A stretch of DNA of 52,328 bases from a virus. How positions within the stretch are numbered: position 1 is the first letter of the stretch; every line of letters begins with the position of its first letter. The stretch is from positions 1 through 52,328 of the IMG/VR virus record IMGVR_UViG_3300003311_000001, one strand, 5' to 3'. This document shows positions 1-8,271 of this stretch, piece by piece. Below the pieces are notes generated by a model, which did no database searches, was not told where the DNA came from, and saw nothing but the letters and a program-made list of their open reading frames with translations. Position numbers and translations under genes: made by a program.

Positions 1-79
1 AAGACAAGTATGCGGCAAACCAAGTTGGCTTGCCAACTTCACAATTTTCTGTAAACGTGATATCTTTGGCAACCAATAT
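1..79. repeat. 79-bp terminal overlap, identical to 52250..52328 (circular closure or terminal redundancy of the contig)
   Basis: Base-by-base comparison of the window start (aagacaagtatgcggcaaacc...aaccaatat) with the last 79 nt shows they are identical. Confidence 0.95.
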
Positions 80-233
80 CACATTTATATATGGGCGATG
101 CAAAGTCTTCGAGTTCAACCCATTTGCAGATGAGGTATCGCGCGATAGCTCAGAAAATGTAATGGCGGAAGTACTGCTAAAACCTGAAACACTGACCTCA
201 GTGAATGAAGCTTTATTTACATTCCCTGTGTAG
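1..233 (+). CDS. Tail tube protein, C-terminal part (continues 52018..52328 across the junction; full protein about 154 aa)
   Basis: The frame of 52018..52328 is in phase with the ORF ending in TAG at 233 once the 79-bp overlap is collapsed. The gene lies directly after the sheath gene and has a size typical of a tube protein. Confidence 0.6.
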   Translation, partial: DKYAANQVGLPTSQFSVNVISLATNITFIYGRCKVFEFNPFADEVSRDSSENVMAEVLLKPETLTSVNEALFTFPV

Positions 234-267
234 GGGTTATAATAAAGCGCCATGCTTGTATTGTGAA

Positions 268-303
268 TAAAAAAACCCTAAGTAAACTTTACCTAGGGTT
301 TTT
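268..303. terminator. Bidirectional intrinsic terminator between the convergent tube gene and the 342..773 gene
   Basis: Stem aacccta (274-280) pairs with tagggtt (294-300). An A-run lies upstream and a T-run downstream. Confidence 0.6.
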
Positions 304-341
304 ACAATGATCTATTCAAAAGGAGAATCACTTATTTAAGT

Positions 342-773
342 TCATGAAGCATTTTTCATTTTTATCAAAAACGGTATTGAGTACTCACAGTATTCAATGT
401 CCACCAGTTGCGATATTGTAAAGCTTCTAAATCCCTTAAACCCAGTAGAGGTTTTATCGTCACGTGTAAAGTCATAGTACTTAAAAGTACTATTGGCTTT
501 ATTTTTTTGTGCTTTGTCCTTAGCGACAAAAGGCTTAAGTAAGCCATAGCTTTGAAGTGACTGGTAATCACAAGTACCTATCCTTGTAACTTTTTCGCCA
601 TCGGATTTTACAAAAGTTATTTTTACCATGCCTGTTTTCATCAATCCTATTTTTTTTCTGGCTAGTTCATTGGCTTCTGAAAAACTCATTCCTTTGTTCA
701 AGCCTCTAAGTATGTGCGTGAATTTACAAACAAGTTTTAGGAATGTTCTGTGGGAGTCTTTAAAATTTTTCAT
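342..773 (-). CDS. Hypothetical 143-aa protein; opposite-strand insertion (moron) between tail tube and tail chaperone
   Basis: Clean ORF with its own consensus promoter (810..825) and terminator (268..303). The pattern MSFSEA..A + KITFVKSDGEKVTRIGTCD...YYDF...FRSF resembles small SH3-barrel/DUF2693-type prophage proteins; this is from memory and the family call is low confidence. Confidence 0.6.
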   Translation of the reverse strand: MKNFKDSHRTFLKLVCKFTHILRGLNKGMSFSEANELARKKIGLMKTGMVKITFVKSDGEKVTRIGTCDYQSLQSYGLLKPFVAKDKAQKNKANSTFKYYDFTRDDKTSTGFKGFRSFTISQLVDIEYCEYSIPFLIKMKNAS

Positions 774-780
774 TTTTATT

Positions 781-796
781 TATGTATATTTGTGTT
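781..796 (+). promoter_or_regulatory. Promoter motif copy (tatgtatatttgtgtt; -7 box TATATTTG at 785..792)
   Basis: Matches the Bacteroidota -7 consensus TAnnTTTG and the genome-wide 16-mer family. It lies upstream of the chaperone gene. Confidence 0.5.
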
Positions 797-809
797 ATCA
801 ACTAATGTA

Positions 810-825
810 TATGCAAATATACATA
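810..825 (-). promoter_or_regulatory. Perfect copy of the 16-mer promoter TATGTATATTTGCATA (minus strand)
   Basis: The reverse complement of tatgcaaatatacata is the consensus. It lies about 37 nt upstream of the ATG at 773. Confidence 0.6.
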
Positions 826-890
826 CATCTTTTTGTAATACAAACAATACAAGATATTTTTTTACACAATTCTTATACATAAATACACGT

Positions 891-1841
891 ATGGCAAATA
901 TAGAAAATGTTAAACCAATCCAGCCAAAAAACGCTGAAGGTGAAATTAGCAACTACAGTCCTTGGTATGTCTTTACTAGCACAATGCCATTCAGACTCAG
1001 GCAGCCAACACTTGAGGAAATTGATGGCATAATGAAGGATGTTCAAAACCACGAAAAGGTAATAAAAATAATTACCGATTGTGTTGAAAATTTTGGAGAA
1101 CTTTCAGGTGATGTGCTGAGGCAAACAAATCTGCTGGATCATCTTAACGCAATTGATCTGCTAATTTTAATGTATGCATTCTTTACCCATGTAAATGGTG
1201 AGTATGAAGAATTTGTAACGGAGATTGAAAACGAAACGGAGACATACGTGTTCAAGCATGTAAGGACAATGGACAACGTAGAATTTGAATTGATACCAAA
1301 GGCTTATGATGCCGTTTGCAGCAAAATGAAAGAAAAAACAGGCAGTGGTGAGGTCGTTGTAGAAAACCCTAAGCAATTCTACTTAGAATATTCAGAATAT
1401 TGTATCAAGAGTTTGAAGGAATTAGAAGAAATTTACAAGACAGAGGCTACAATCAAAATAGCAAAACATGATATAAGGCAAATCACCTTCGTTTTGCCAC
1501 ATGGATTGCTGGATAAAAGGTACGAACAAATCTCCAAAAAAAGGCGAAAGGTAGGCAAAGAAATCACCGAGATTGAAGAACAAATGATCAAGCTTCAGTA
1601 CCGTTGGGCAACAACAGAAGATAATAAAAACGGTCGTGACATATTAAGGAGTGATTTGGAAAAGCTACCGAGGAAGGTTATACCTTCACTCAAGATGATA
1701 GTGGCAAATTTTATTGGCAGCTTTGCGGCTTATGCAATAGCTGACACTCAACAAGGCGCTCAAAAGCTTAATGTATTTGAAATACCTCAATTCGCTTTTG
1801 AGGTCAATGATTTTTTAGTACATGGAGATTCTACTTCCTAA
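891..1841 (+). CDS. Tail assembly chaperone (zero-frame product, 316 aa)
   Basis: Sits between tube and tape measure. The start is moved to ATG 891 because the track ORF start at 750 lies inside the promoter region. A slippery site lies near the 3' end. Confidence 0.55.
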   Translation: MANIENVKPIQPKNAEGEISNYSPWYVFTSTMPFRLRQPTLEEIDGIMKDVQNHEKVIKIITDCVENFGELSGDVLRQTNLLDHLNAIDLLILMYAFFTHVNGEYEEFVTEIENETETYVFKHVRTMDNVEFELIPKAYDAVCSKMKEKTGSGEVVVENPKQFYLEYSEYCIKSLKELEEIYKTEATIKIAKHDIRQITFVLPHGLLDKRYEQISKKRRKVGKEITEIEEQMIKLQYRWATTEDNKNGRDILRSDLEKLPRKVIPSLKMIVANFIGSFAAYAIADTQQGAQKLNVFEIPQFAFEVNDFLVHGDSTS

Positions 1842-1996
1842 GTAATGGGCAACATGGAATCTCACTAGGCAGCTACTTAGACTTTCTCAAGATGAGTCAT
1901 TACGATGTGAGGCAGTTAGAAATAATGCACATGGTTACGCTTAGGGAAATTAAAAGGCGTAATGAAGAATTGGAGAGGCGTAATAAATACTCATAA
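891..1996 (+). CDS. Tail assembly chaperone, -1 frameshift fusion product (about 368 aa; slip at 1811..1817)
   Basis: The -1 frame extension (FFSTWRFYFLSNGQHG...RRNKYS) opens exactly at the heptamer and ends before the tape-measure start. This is the canonical G/GT-type arrangement. Confidence 0.5.
1811..1817 (+). promoter_or_regulatory. -1 programmed ribosomal frameshift slippery heptamer T_TTT_TTA
   Basis: The zero-frame codons TTT (1812) and TTA (1815) fit X_XXY_YYZ. The -1 frame has a stop at 1808 and is then open from 1811 to TAA 1994-1996. Confidence 0.6.
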
Positions 1997-2018
1997 GTAT
2001 TATTTTCAGAAATTATAT

Positions 2019-2053
2019 AACACTGATATTTTCAAAAATGTCAGTGTTTTTTT
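2019..2053 (+). terminator. Hairpin with T-run between the chaperone and the tape-measure start
   Basis: aacactga (2019-2026) pairs with tcagtgtt (2041-2048), followed by T7. Confidence 0.45.
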
Positions 2054-2069
2054 ATGCCTAAATTGCGCT

Positions 2070-4769
2070 ATGGCATTAGAATTTGGTATAAGGATTTCGG
2101 TATTTGATGGCTATTCAAATAAATTGAATAGCTTGAATGCAGGGCTTAAGCAAGCTACTGGTAACATAGATAAGTTAGCAATGAAGTCTGCCAAGGCGTC
2201 CGCTACAATGGCTACGGCTATGGCAGGTATGAATATTGGCAAATCAATACTTAGACCTATTGGAGATGCCGTAAAAGAGTTTATATCTTTTGATAGCCAA
2301 ATGTCAAAGGTGCAAGCCGTCACAAGGTCTACAGCGGCAGGTATGGAAGGATTGCGAAAAGTAGCTCGGCAATTGGCTTCTGATACTGTATTTGATGCTA
2401 AATCAGTGGGCGAAGGAATGGAGTTTCTTGCCCGCGCGGGTTTTAATAAATCGCAAGTCAAAGGCAGTATAGGCGCTGTATTGGACCTATCAAGTGCCAC
2501 AGATACAGCGCTTGGAAAAACAGCAGACATTATATCAAATATAGCTGGTGGTTTTAAGATAGCCGCCACCAGCAAAAACATGACAAAACTATCTGATGTA
2601 CTGGCGCTCACCACTAGCAGGTCAAATACAAACCTTGGGCAACTTGCGGAAGCTTTCAAAAAAATCCAAGGTGTTGCCGCGCCTGGTGTATTGAATATAC
2701 CGCTTACCCAAGTAGCTGCCACAATTGGTATCCTTGGGGACACGGGTATACAAGGCGGAGCTGCAACACAAACCTTATCATCTGCCCTACTCAAGCTGGG
2801 ATCGCCCACCAAAAAGGCTAAGCTGGCAATGCAAAAACTGGGCGTATCATTTTTCAATGCCCAAGGTAAATTTGTCGGATTGCCCTCTATGATGAATCAG
2901 CTATCGAAACAATTCCGAGGCTTGGGCAAGGAACAACAAGCGGCAAAGCTAGGCGCTTTATCAGATATATTTGGGGTAAATGCAGCACGAAACATTGCCA
3001 CGCTTGTATCTGCTACGAAAGATGTAAACGGTAATGCATTTGATGCAGGCGAAGCCATCAAAAAATTTGGCGAGGAGTTAGAAAAGTCTGATGGTACAGC
3101 GCGCCAAATGGCTAAAACAATGGTTGATAACTTAGGAGGTGATTTGAAATCACTTGATTCAAAAGTATCAGACTTAAAAATACAAATAGGGGAGAATCTA
3201 AATAAGGCACTCAGGCTAGGTACGCAGATAGTAATTAAGTTTGTGAAAGGCTTTACTGATTTTCTTAAAACACCTATTGGCTCCTTTATTACCCATATAG
3301 TTACTGCCTTGGGTGGACTCATTACTGTAATGGGTTCCGCTGTTGCTCTTAAAGCTGGATTCACTTTACTTACAGTAGCAATACAGGGGTTGTGGGCGGC
3401 ATTTGCCCCACTCCTACCGATTATTGCGGCAATAGGTGCATTGGCGGCTGTGGTATGGCTAGGGGTAAAAGCTTGGCGCGCATATGAAGATATGACCAAA
3501 GGCGTGGCTGGAGAGATGACTACGTTTCAAAAAATACTTCTGAATATTGGAGCATTTTTACATGGGTTTAGGGATGGTTTTATGAATGCCATAGTGCCCA
3601 TCAAAAAAATATTTGTGTCCGTATGGAAAGAAATACAGAATGTTTTTGCTGATGTAGCAAAGGAGTTTAGAGGTGGTCAAGATACTTTTGCGGGCGTTGG
3701 TAAGCAAATGCAAGGTGCAGCGAATGCAGGACACCAGCTTGCCACAATAATAGGACATATAGCAACATTTATTGCAAGGGTTGTTGCGCCTGTTATAAAG
3801 TTTGTAGCAAACCTTATAGGTGGTATTATAATAGGGTTTAAAAGAAACTTTGCCGTAATAGAGCCAGTCTTTGCCAAAATAAAAGGGGCGATATTTGAAG
3901 TAGCCAAATCCCTAGGAGAGTTGTTCGGGATGGGCAACAAAGCTAGTGGTGCATTTGGAGGAATAAACAAAGCCGGTAGAGGAATGGGTGAAAACCTTGG
4001 TGCTGTGTTGGCAGTAATAGTAAGAGGAATAGGTGAGGCAGTGGTGTTACTTATAAAAGGTGCCAATATGATGGTAAGGTTTTTCATAAAAGTCAAAGAA
4101 GCTACCATTGCTACCAATCAAAAAATAATGGCTGTAAAAAATGCTATCATAAATTTTGTCTTGAAATTGCACGAAATAGGATTATCAATAAGAGACTTTT
4201 TTATAAGCATAGTCACAAGCCTAAACAATGTAGGACTTCAGGTGAAAGCCTTCTTTGTCCAAATGAGTGAAAACTTCAGTGCAATTTTCAGCATGATAGG
4301 AGAATTTTTCACTAAACTTTTTACAGAGACAATACCAAATAAATTAAATGATTTTGTTACTTGGTTTAAGGGAATTCCAGATAAGTTTGTAAAGATAGGC
4401 TCTGACATTGTGAATAGCATCGTAGAAGGCATATCAAACGCGTGGGATTACCTTGTTGGTAAAATGAAGGATTTATTCAACCTTCTGCCATCTTTTGATG
4501 ACGTACTTGATTTTGTTGGGCTAGGCAGTGGTGATAATTCAGAAAAGATACAAAAGGCAATACAAGCAAGTGGCAGCGGTGGAGTAACCGACAGGCAAAA
4601 AGCAGCTATTGCCCAAAATGCCATGCTAGCATTTAATGCGAATACGCCACAAGTCACCAATCAAAACAATGTAAATATCCAGTCTATGCCTGGACCTATA
4701 AACCTAGACGGTAGACGAATAGCCATCAGTACCACGGAATACCAAGTAAATCAAAGTAATAGACAGTAA
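2070..4769 (+). CDS. Tail tape measure protein (899 aa)
   Basis: Largest ORF, located after the chaperone. The N-terminal part has a TP901-type tape-measure core pattern (FDSQMSKVQAVT...GEGMEFLARAGF...ALGKTADI). The Gly/Ala-rich hydrophobic middle is typical. Confidence 0.85.
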   Translation: MALEFGIRISVFDGYSNKLNSLNAGLKQATGNIDKLAMKSAKASATMATAMAGMNIGKSILRPIGDAVKEFISFDSQMSKVQAVTRSTAAGMEGLRKVARQLASDTVFDAKSVGEGMEFLARAGFNKSQVKGSIGAVLDLSSATDTALGKTADIISNIAGGFKIAATSKNMTKLSDVLALTTSRSNTNLGQLAEAFKKIQGVAAPGVLNIPLTQVAATIGILGDTGIQGGAATQTLSSALLKLGSPTKKAKLAMQKLGVSFFNAQGKFVGLPSMMNQLSKQFRGLGKEQQAAKLGALSDIFGVNAARNIATLVSATKDVNGNAFDAGEAIKKFGEELEKSDGTARQMAKTMVDNLGGDLKSLDSKVSDLKIQIGENLNKALRLGTQIVIKFVKGFTDFLKTPIGSFITHIVTALGGLITVMGSAVALKAGFTLLTVAIQGLWAAFAPLLPIIAAIGALAAVVWLGVKAWRAYEDMTKGVAGEMTTFQKILLNIGAFLHGFRDGFMNAIVPIKKIFVSVWKEIQNVFADVAKEFRGGQDTFAGVGKQMQGAANAGHQLATIIGHIATFIARVVAPVIKFVANLIGGIIIGFKRNFAVIEPVFAKIKGAIFEVAKSLGELFGMGNKASGAFGGINKAGRGMGENLGAVLAVIVRGIGEAVVLLIKGANMMVRFFIKVKEATIATNQKIMAVKNAIINFVLKLHEIGLSIRDFFISIVTSLNNVGLQVKAFFVQMSENFSAIFSMIGEFFTKLFTETIPNKLNDFVTWFKGIPDKFVKIGSDIVNSIVEGISNAWDYLVGKMKDLFNLLPSFDDVLDFVGLGSGDNSEKIQKAIQASGSGGVTDRQKAAIAQNAMLAFNANTPQVTNQNNVNIQSMPGPINLDGRRIAISTTEYQVNQSNRQ

Positions 4770-4780
4770 CTTGCTGTCTA

Positions 4781-6391
4781 TTACATATCGGTGCCAGTGC
4801 CATCATCAGGTTGAGTAGTGGCACTATCAGGGTTGTTTACAAAGTTAGGGTCTACGGCGCTATCGTAACCCTGCTGTTGGGCTACCTGATCGTTATTTAT
4901 TACCATATTGTCTCTAAGCATTATATCAGTCTCGACGTTTGTCCTACGTGTTTGTGCAGTTCTAAATTCATCCCTTATCGTTGCTTTTTTGAGTTCCACC
5001 TTAAGAGTACTCCAGTACTGTGGTGGAAAACCTAGCAGCCTCAACTGCAGTTTAGCAAACTTCTCTACCATCTTTGCAAGCTTATCTTGTATGGTTTCAA
5101 GCTTTCCCGTAGTTACTTCTAATATGATTCTACCAAACGTCTCGGCTACCGTAAACGGTCGTCCGATCATACTTGGGAATGTTTTTAGGCTTGCGGCAAG
5201 TCTGGTATCAAGTACATTGAATAAGCTATCTAGTCCGCTGGCATTTACATTATTTCCTGTTAGATTAAATTCGTGCATTCCTTCAAGCCCTACCATTATT
5301 CCTGTTGCCCAATTTTTTTCTATTTGGTTGGCGGTTTCTTCCATCAACTTATTTACTTTTTTTAGGTATTCCTCGTCGGTTTCTTCTTCCTCTCTCTCTG
5401 GTTCTACACTTAATAGAGCTGTAACAAGTCCCAATACCCCGTAACGCTTCATAACTCCGACGAAACTATCTAGCATTATGCTTTCTATTTCCTCCATTTT
5501 GATTGATGGGAGCAAAGGAGGTATGCCGTAAGGCACTTCACTATTTGACAATATAGGATTGTATATGTATGTGAGTGGGTTAAGCTCTATGAGCCTGCCA
5601 GTTCTTGGACTTAGTTGGCAAACCTTCCATTCACCATTTTTTAAAACCCAACGAATTGTACGGTTTTTAACCCGCCACAATTCTTTAATGCCATCCATTG
5701 GCGGGTCGTTGATTTCTGCCTCATTACTGAGTGCACCAAATACAGACAGATCATAGGCTGAGTCTGCCATAAATGCCCTGATGCCCCTACCCATATAAAC
5801 AGAATCAAAGAATTTTTTAAGGGCAGTGTTCATGTTTTTCAATGCTCTTTTAGGCACCGATTCATCAAAGGTGTACGTCAAGCTTGTGTTTGAAAGTAAG
5901 ATGTCTTGAAGAACCGCATTAGATATATCTGGGTTTATAATTGCATTTTGCTCTAAACGCTCAAAGTAAGCTACAAAGGGGTTCGTAATCGTATACCCAT
6001 CTAGGTAGCTAACCTCTGATTTTTTACCTGCCAGTATTGGTAGGCTTAGGTTGGTTAGGTCATATTTATTGTTTTTGGCAAATGCCCTTATTGCATTGGT
6101 GGCAACTGTAGCTGGGATTTCCTTTTTGAAAAACTTTTCAAGCCTGCTATTTATATTATCTATAACATATTTAGGGGCAATGCCTTTGATTTGCTTTCCA
6201 AGGGACTCAAGCACGGTTTTCATAAATTCCGTGTCACTGGCATTGATTATATCAATACTATCTTTGATCTCAGACATAAAGGCGCCTAGTCTGTCATCAC
6301 TTTTGCTAATATCTTCTTTGTCGGTAATGCTTTGATTTACCTTTTTTTTAATGCCAAAAAGACTAGCCAAAAACCTAAATATTTTTTTCAT
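4781..6391 (-). CDS. Probable portal protein (536 aa)
   Basis: It is the only unassigned ORF above 450 aa. It has an acidic C-terminal tail and a central acidic stretch (EPEREEEETDEE). The assignment is largely by elimination. Confidence 0.45.
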   Translation of the reverse strand: MKKIFRFLASLFGIKKKVNQSITDKEDISKSDDRLGAFMSEIKDSIDIINASDTEFMKTVLESLGKQIKGIAPKYVIDNINSRLEKFFKKEIPATVATNAIRAFAKNNKYDLTNLSLPILAGKKSEVSYLDGYTITNPFVAYFERLEQNAIINPDISNAVLQDILLSNTSLTYTFDESVPKRALKNMNTALKKFFDSVYMGRGIRAFMADSAYDLSVFGALSNEAEINDPPMDGIKELWRVKNRTIRWVLKNGEWKVCQLSPRTGRLIELNPLTYIYNPILSNSEVPYGIPPLLPSIKMEEIESIMLDSFVGVMKRYGVLGLVTALLSVEPEREEEETDEEYLKKVNKLMEETANQIEKNWATGIMVGLEGMHEFNLTGNNVNASGLDSLFNVLDTRLAASLKTFPSMIGRPFTVAETFGRIILEVTTGKLETIQDKLAKMVEKFAKLQLRLLGFPPQYWSTLKVELKKATIRDEFRTAQTRRTNVETDIMLRDNMVINNDQVAQQQGYDSAVDPNFVNNPDSATTQPDDGTGTDM

Positions 6392-6401
6392 AGCGATGCT
6401 T

Positions 6402-6409
6402 TATATTTG
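6402..6409 (+). promoter_or_regulatory. -7 box TATATTTG upstream of 6450
   Basis: Exact TAnnTTTG, 40 nt upstream of the ATG. Confidence 0.45.
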
Positions 6410-6422
6410 TATTGATTGATCA

Positions 6423-6430
6423 CAAATATA
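6423..6430 (-). promoter_or_regulatory. -7 box TATATTTG (minus strand) upstream of the portal gene
   Basis: caaatata on the plus strand. It forms an inverted repeat with 6402..6409 and lies 32 nt upstream of the ATG at 6391. Confidence 0.45.
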
Positions 6431-6449
6431 GTTAAAAAACAACTTACAA

Positions 6450-6956
6450 ATGCCCACGTCAATTACAATACAAGATTTGCAGACAGGATCAGTTTTTAAG
6501 CTGCCATACGTGCCAAATTCTCTAAAAATTAGCGACACAGCTAATTTTGCTTCGATTGGCATCATTGGTGAGAATAACGTAAGGCAACAGTTTGTGAATG
6601 GTAGTCGGACGGCAAGCTTTGACATTGATTTGCCAGCATTGTATAGTGAGGCAATAGACGATGTGTTTGGCGAGGCAACAATTACAGCCACAAGGTTTTT
6701 GCAATCACTCGTAAAAGTAGATAGTCAGCGTGGGTATCCTCCCATCAAAATACAATGGGCTTCTATGTTGGATATTGAAAGATGGATTGTTAGCAGTATA
6801 GAAACTACACACACTAACTTCTTTGAATTTTTGGAATATGCCCCAGCTCAAAGTAATGTTTCAATATCGCTTATAGAACAACCTTTGGAGTTTAGAGATA
6901 GGCAGAGTTATGCAGGCAATTATCAAAACTTGACACTTAGGGGGCTTAACAACTAG
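6450..6956 (+). CDS. Tail/baseplate protein, possibly a tube-initiator-like protein
   Basis: 168-aa ORF immediately upstream of the LysM-like gene. The call is based on position only. Confidence 0.35.
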   Translation: MPTSITIQDLQTGSVFKLPYVPNSLKISDTANFASIGIIGENNVRQQFVNGSRTASFDIDLPALYSEAIDDVFGEATITATRFLQSLVKVDSQRGYPPIKIQWASMLDIERWIVSSIETTHTNFFEFLEYAPAQSNVSISLIEQPLEFRDRQSYAGNYQNLTLRGLNN

Positions 6957-6963
6957 CGATGAT

Positions 6964-7299
6964 ATGGCGGAAATAATAGATTTAAGGACCAATAATCCCT
7001 ATGGTTTTCCACGCGGGTTAAAAGTTACATTTAGCGAAAGGACTGAGCTTTGGTGGGGCGGGTTTGATTATAGCCCCAGAGAAACGGACATAAGGTACGA
7101 AGTAAGTCAAGATGATACCTTGGACGATATTATTTACAAGTTTGGCAGGAACATAGTAGAAAACTATAACACTTACTATTGGGCTATACTTGGAGCCAAC
7201 AGTAGCATATTCATAAATCCATTTGATTTGTCTGGGATAGTAGGCACTGTGATAATCATACCCGATATATTGGGTTTTGAGGTTACAGGTGGGGACTAA
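6964..7299 (+). CDS. LysM-like tail protein (P2 gpX-like)
   Basis: A LysM-like segment, YEVSQDDTLDDIIYKFG...ILGAN, in a 111-aa protein within a tail gene context. Confidence 0.45.
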   Translation: MAEIIDLRTNNPYGFPRGLKVTFSERTELWWGGFDYSPRETDIRYEVSQDDTLDDIIYKFGRNIVENYNTYYWAILGANSSIFINPFDLSGIVGTVIIIPDILGFEVTGGD

Positions 7300-7301
7300 C
7301 T

Positions 7302-7329
7302 AAAAAAGCCAACACAAATGTGTTGGCTT
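7302..7329 (-). terminator. Strong intrinsic terminator for leftward transcription
   Basis: gccaacac (7308-7315) pairs with gtgttggc (7320-7327); two flanking A-T pairs extend the stem. On the minus strand it is followed by T6 (7302-7307). Confidence 0.7.
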
Positions 7330-7553
7330 GGCTAACCCGAACTATACCTAAAAGGTAATGTGTCCTAAATATTTTACTTCCTAAAATACCATTTGATATT
7401 TTAGGAAGGCGTTTTTGTGTCATAGTACTAAAACTGCAAAACATAAACTCAAGATGCTTCATCAGCATTTTGTCGTACCAATGTAGGGAATTGAACCCAT
7501 TACCCACCCCATCAGGACATTGGTATGCAACAAAGGTATAACTAAATATTTTC
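7330..7553 (-). ncRNA. Candidate structured non-coding RNA or long structured 3' UTR
   Basis: A 224-nt ORF-free stretch between the spike stop codon and the terminator, with at least three hairpins. One (7476..7525) has a 9-bp stem enclosing GGGTTCAATTCCC, which resembles a tRNA T-loop. Confidence 0.25.
7377..7416 (+). terminator. 12-bp perfect hairpin with T5 (rightward terminator)
   Basis: cttcctaaaata (7377-7388) pairs with tattttaggaag (7397-7408), followed by gcg and ttttt. Confidence 0.55.
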
Positions 7554-8267
7554 CTATGCAAATATCTGGTTAAGCAATATCTTGGCATTCTGCGCGGCAG
7601 TTGCCGAGGCTGGTATAATGGCACTTTCACTTATCATTGCCGTAAACAATGGATCAAGTATGGTTTTAATAGTGCCAAAACTATTACCTATTTTAATTAA
7701 GGTATTAAGGTCTAATTCAGAACCCGAAGCATTTTTGATATTTATGTTGGCACCTTGCATTGTGATAGTGTTGCCGTCACTTGTTATTGTTACCGCATCA
7801 TTTGTGAATTTAATATTATTTCCGTTTGAGTGCACAAGCTCAACAATGTTATTATTTTCGTCAAAGTCCAGCTTTAACCGATGCCCACCATCAGGCATTA
7901 CAAGAGTGTATGCTTTTGCGCCTGCAACCGATGGTTTATCCCCTTTTGATAATTGCCCATAATTCCAAATTAAAGGGTTATCATCGTTGATTATTGGTGA
8001 GCCGTTGGCTGTCCTTACAATTACATTATCTCCTTTAAGGGGTAGGGGTAAAAATTGCCCGTACCCCTTCCCAAAAAATCCACCCTCATAGTAACAAAAC
8101 CCTGACGATTTGTTTGTTTGAAGAATTTCCTCACATTGCACCTTTATCCTGCGTAAGTTTGCAGGATCATCGGTACTTCTTACAATTGCATTACGCCATG
8201 TCATTACGGTGCCCATGCATTCGTCAAAGCCCAGAGCATTTAATATGTCTTTTTCATTGCCATTCAT
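7554..8267 (-). CDS. Baseplate central spike (gpV/gp5-like: OB fold plus beta-helix)
   Basis: N-terminal pattern GTV...DDPANLRRIKVQ...GDNVIV, followed by repetitive beta-strand segments (NNIKFTNDAVTITSDGNTITMQGANINIK). Confidence 0.65.
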   Translation of the reverse strand: MNGNEKDILNALGFDECMGTVMTWRNAIVRSTDDPANLRRIKVQCEEILQTNKSSGFCYYEGGFFGKGYGQFLPLPLKGDNVIVRTANGSPIINDDNPLIWNYGQLSKGDKPSVAGAKAYTLVMPDGGHRLKLDFDENNNIVELVHSNGNNIKFTNDAVTITSDGNTITMQGANINIKNASGSELDLNTLIKIGNSFGTIKTILDPLFTAMISESAIIPASATAAQNAKILLNQIFA

Positions 8268-8271
8268 ATAG

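Noticed and set aside
750-890. Upstream extensions of ORFs given by the track (750 for the chaperone, 1962 for the tape measure, 10950, 36421, 40443)
   Set aside because: These extensions run through promoter motifs or terminator hairpins and encode hydrophobic junk. Downstream ATG codons give sensible N-termini.
2111-4660. Long antisense ORFs inside the tape-measure gene (2111..2857, 2897..3499, 3677..4117 and others)
   Set aside because: They lie fully within a strongly supported 899-aa gene. Their low-complexity Ala/Pro/Ser-rich translations are typical shadow ORFs of a Gly/Ala-rich gene.
7476-7525. Possible tRNA gene on the minus strand (GGGTTCAATTCCC T-loop-like sequence within a 9-bp stem)
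   Set aside because: The element is only ~50 nt. The T-stem would have 3 bp, and no D-arm or anticodon arm can be drawn, so it is not a functional tRNA. I kept it only as part of the structured-RNA finding.
7283-7630. 115-aa minus-strand ORF spanning the intergenic region and the spike gene 3' end
   Set aside because: It overlaps the spike gene and runs through three hairpins and a terminator. Its composition is implausible (Arg/Cys/His-rich). I treat it as non-coding.
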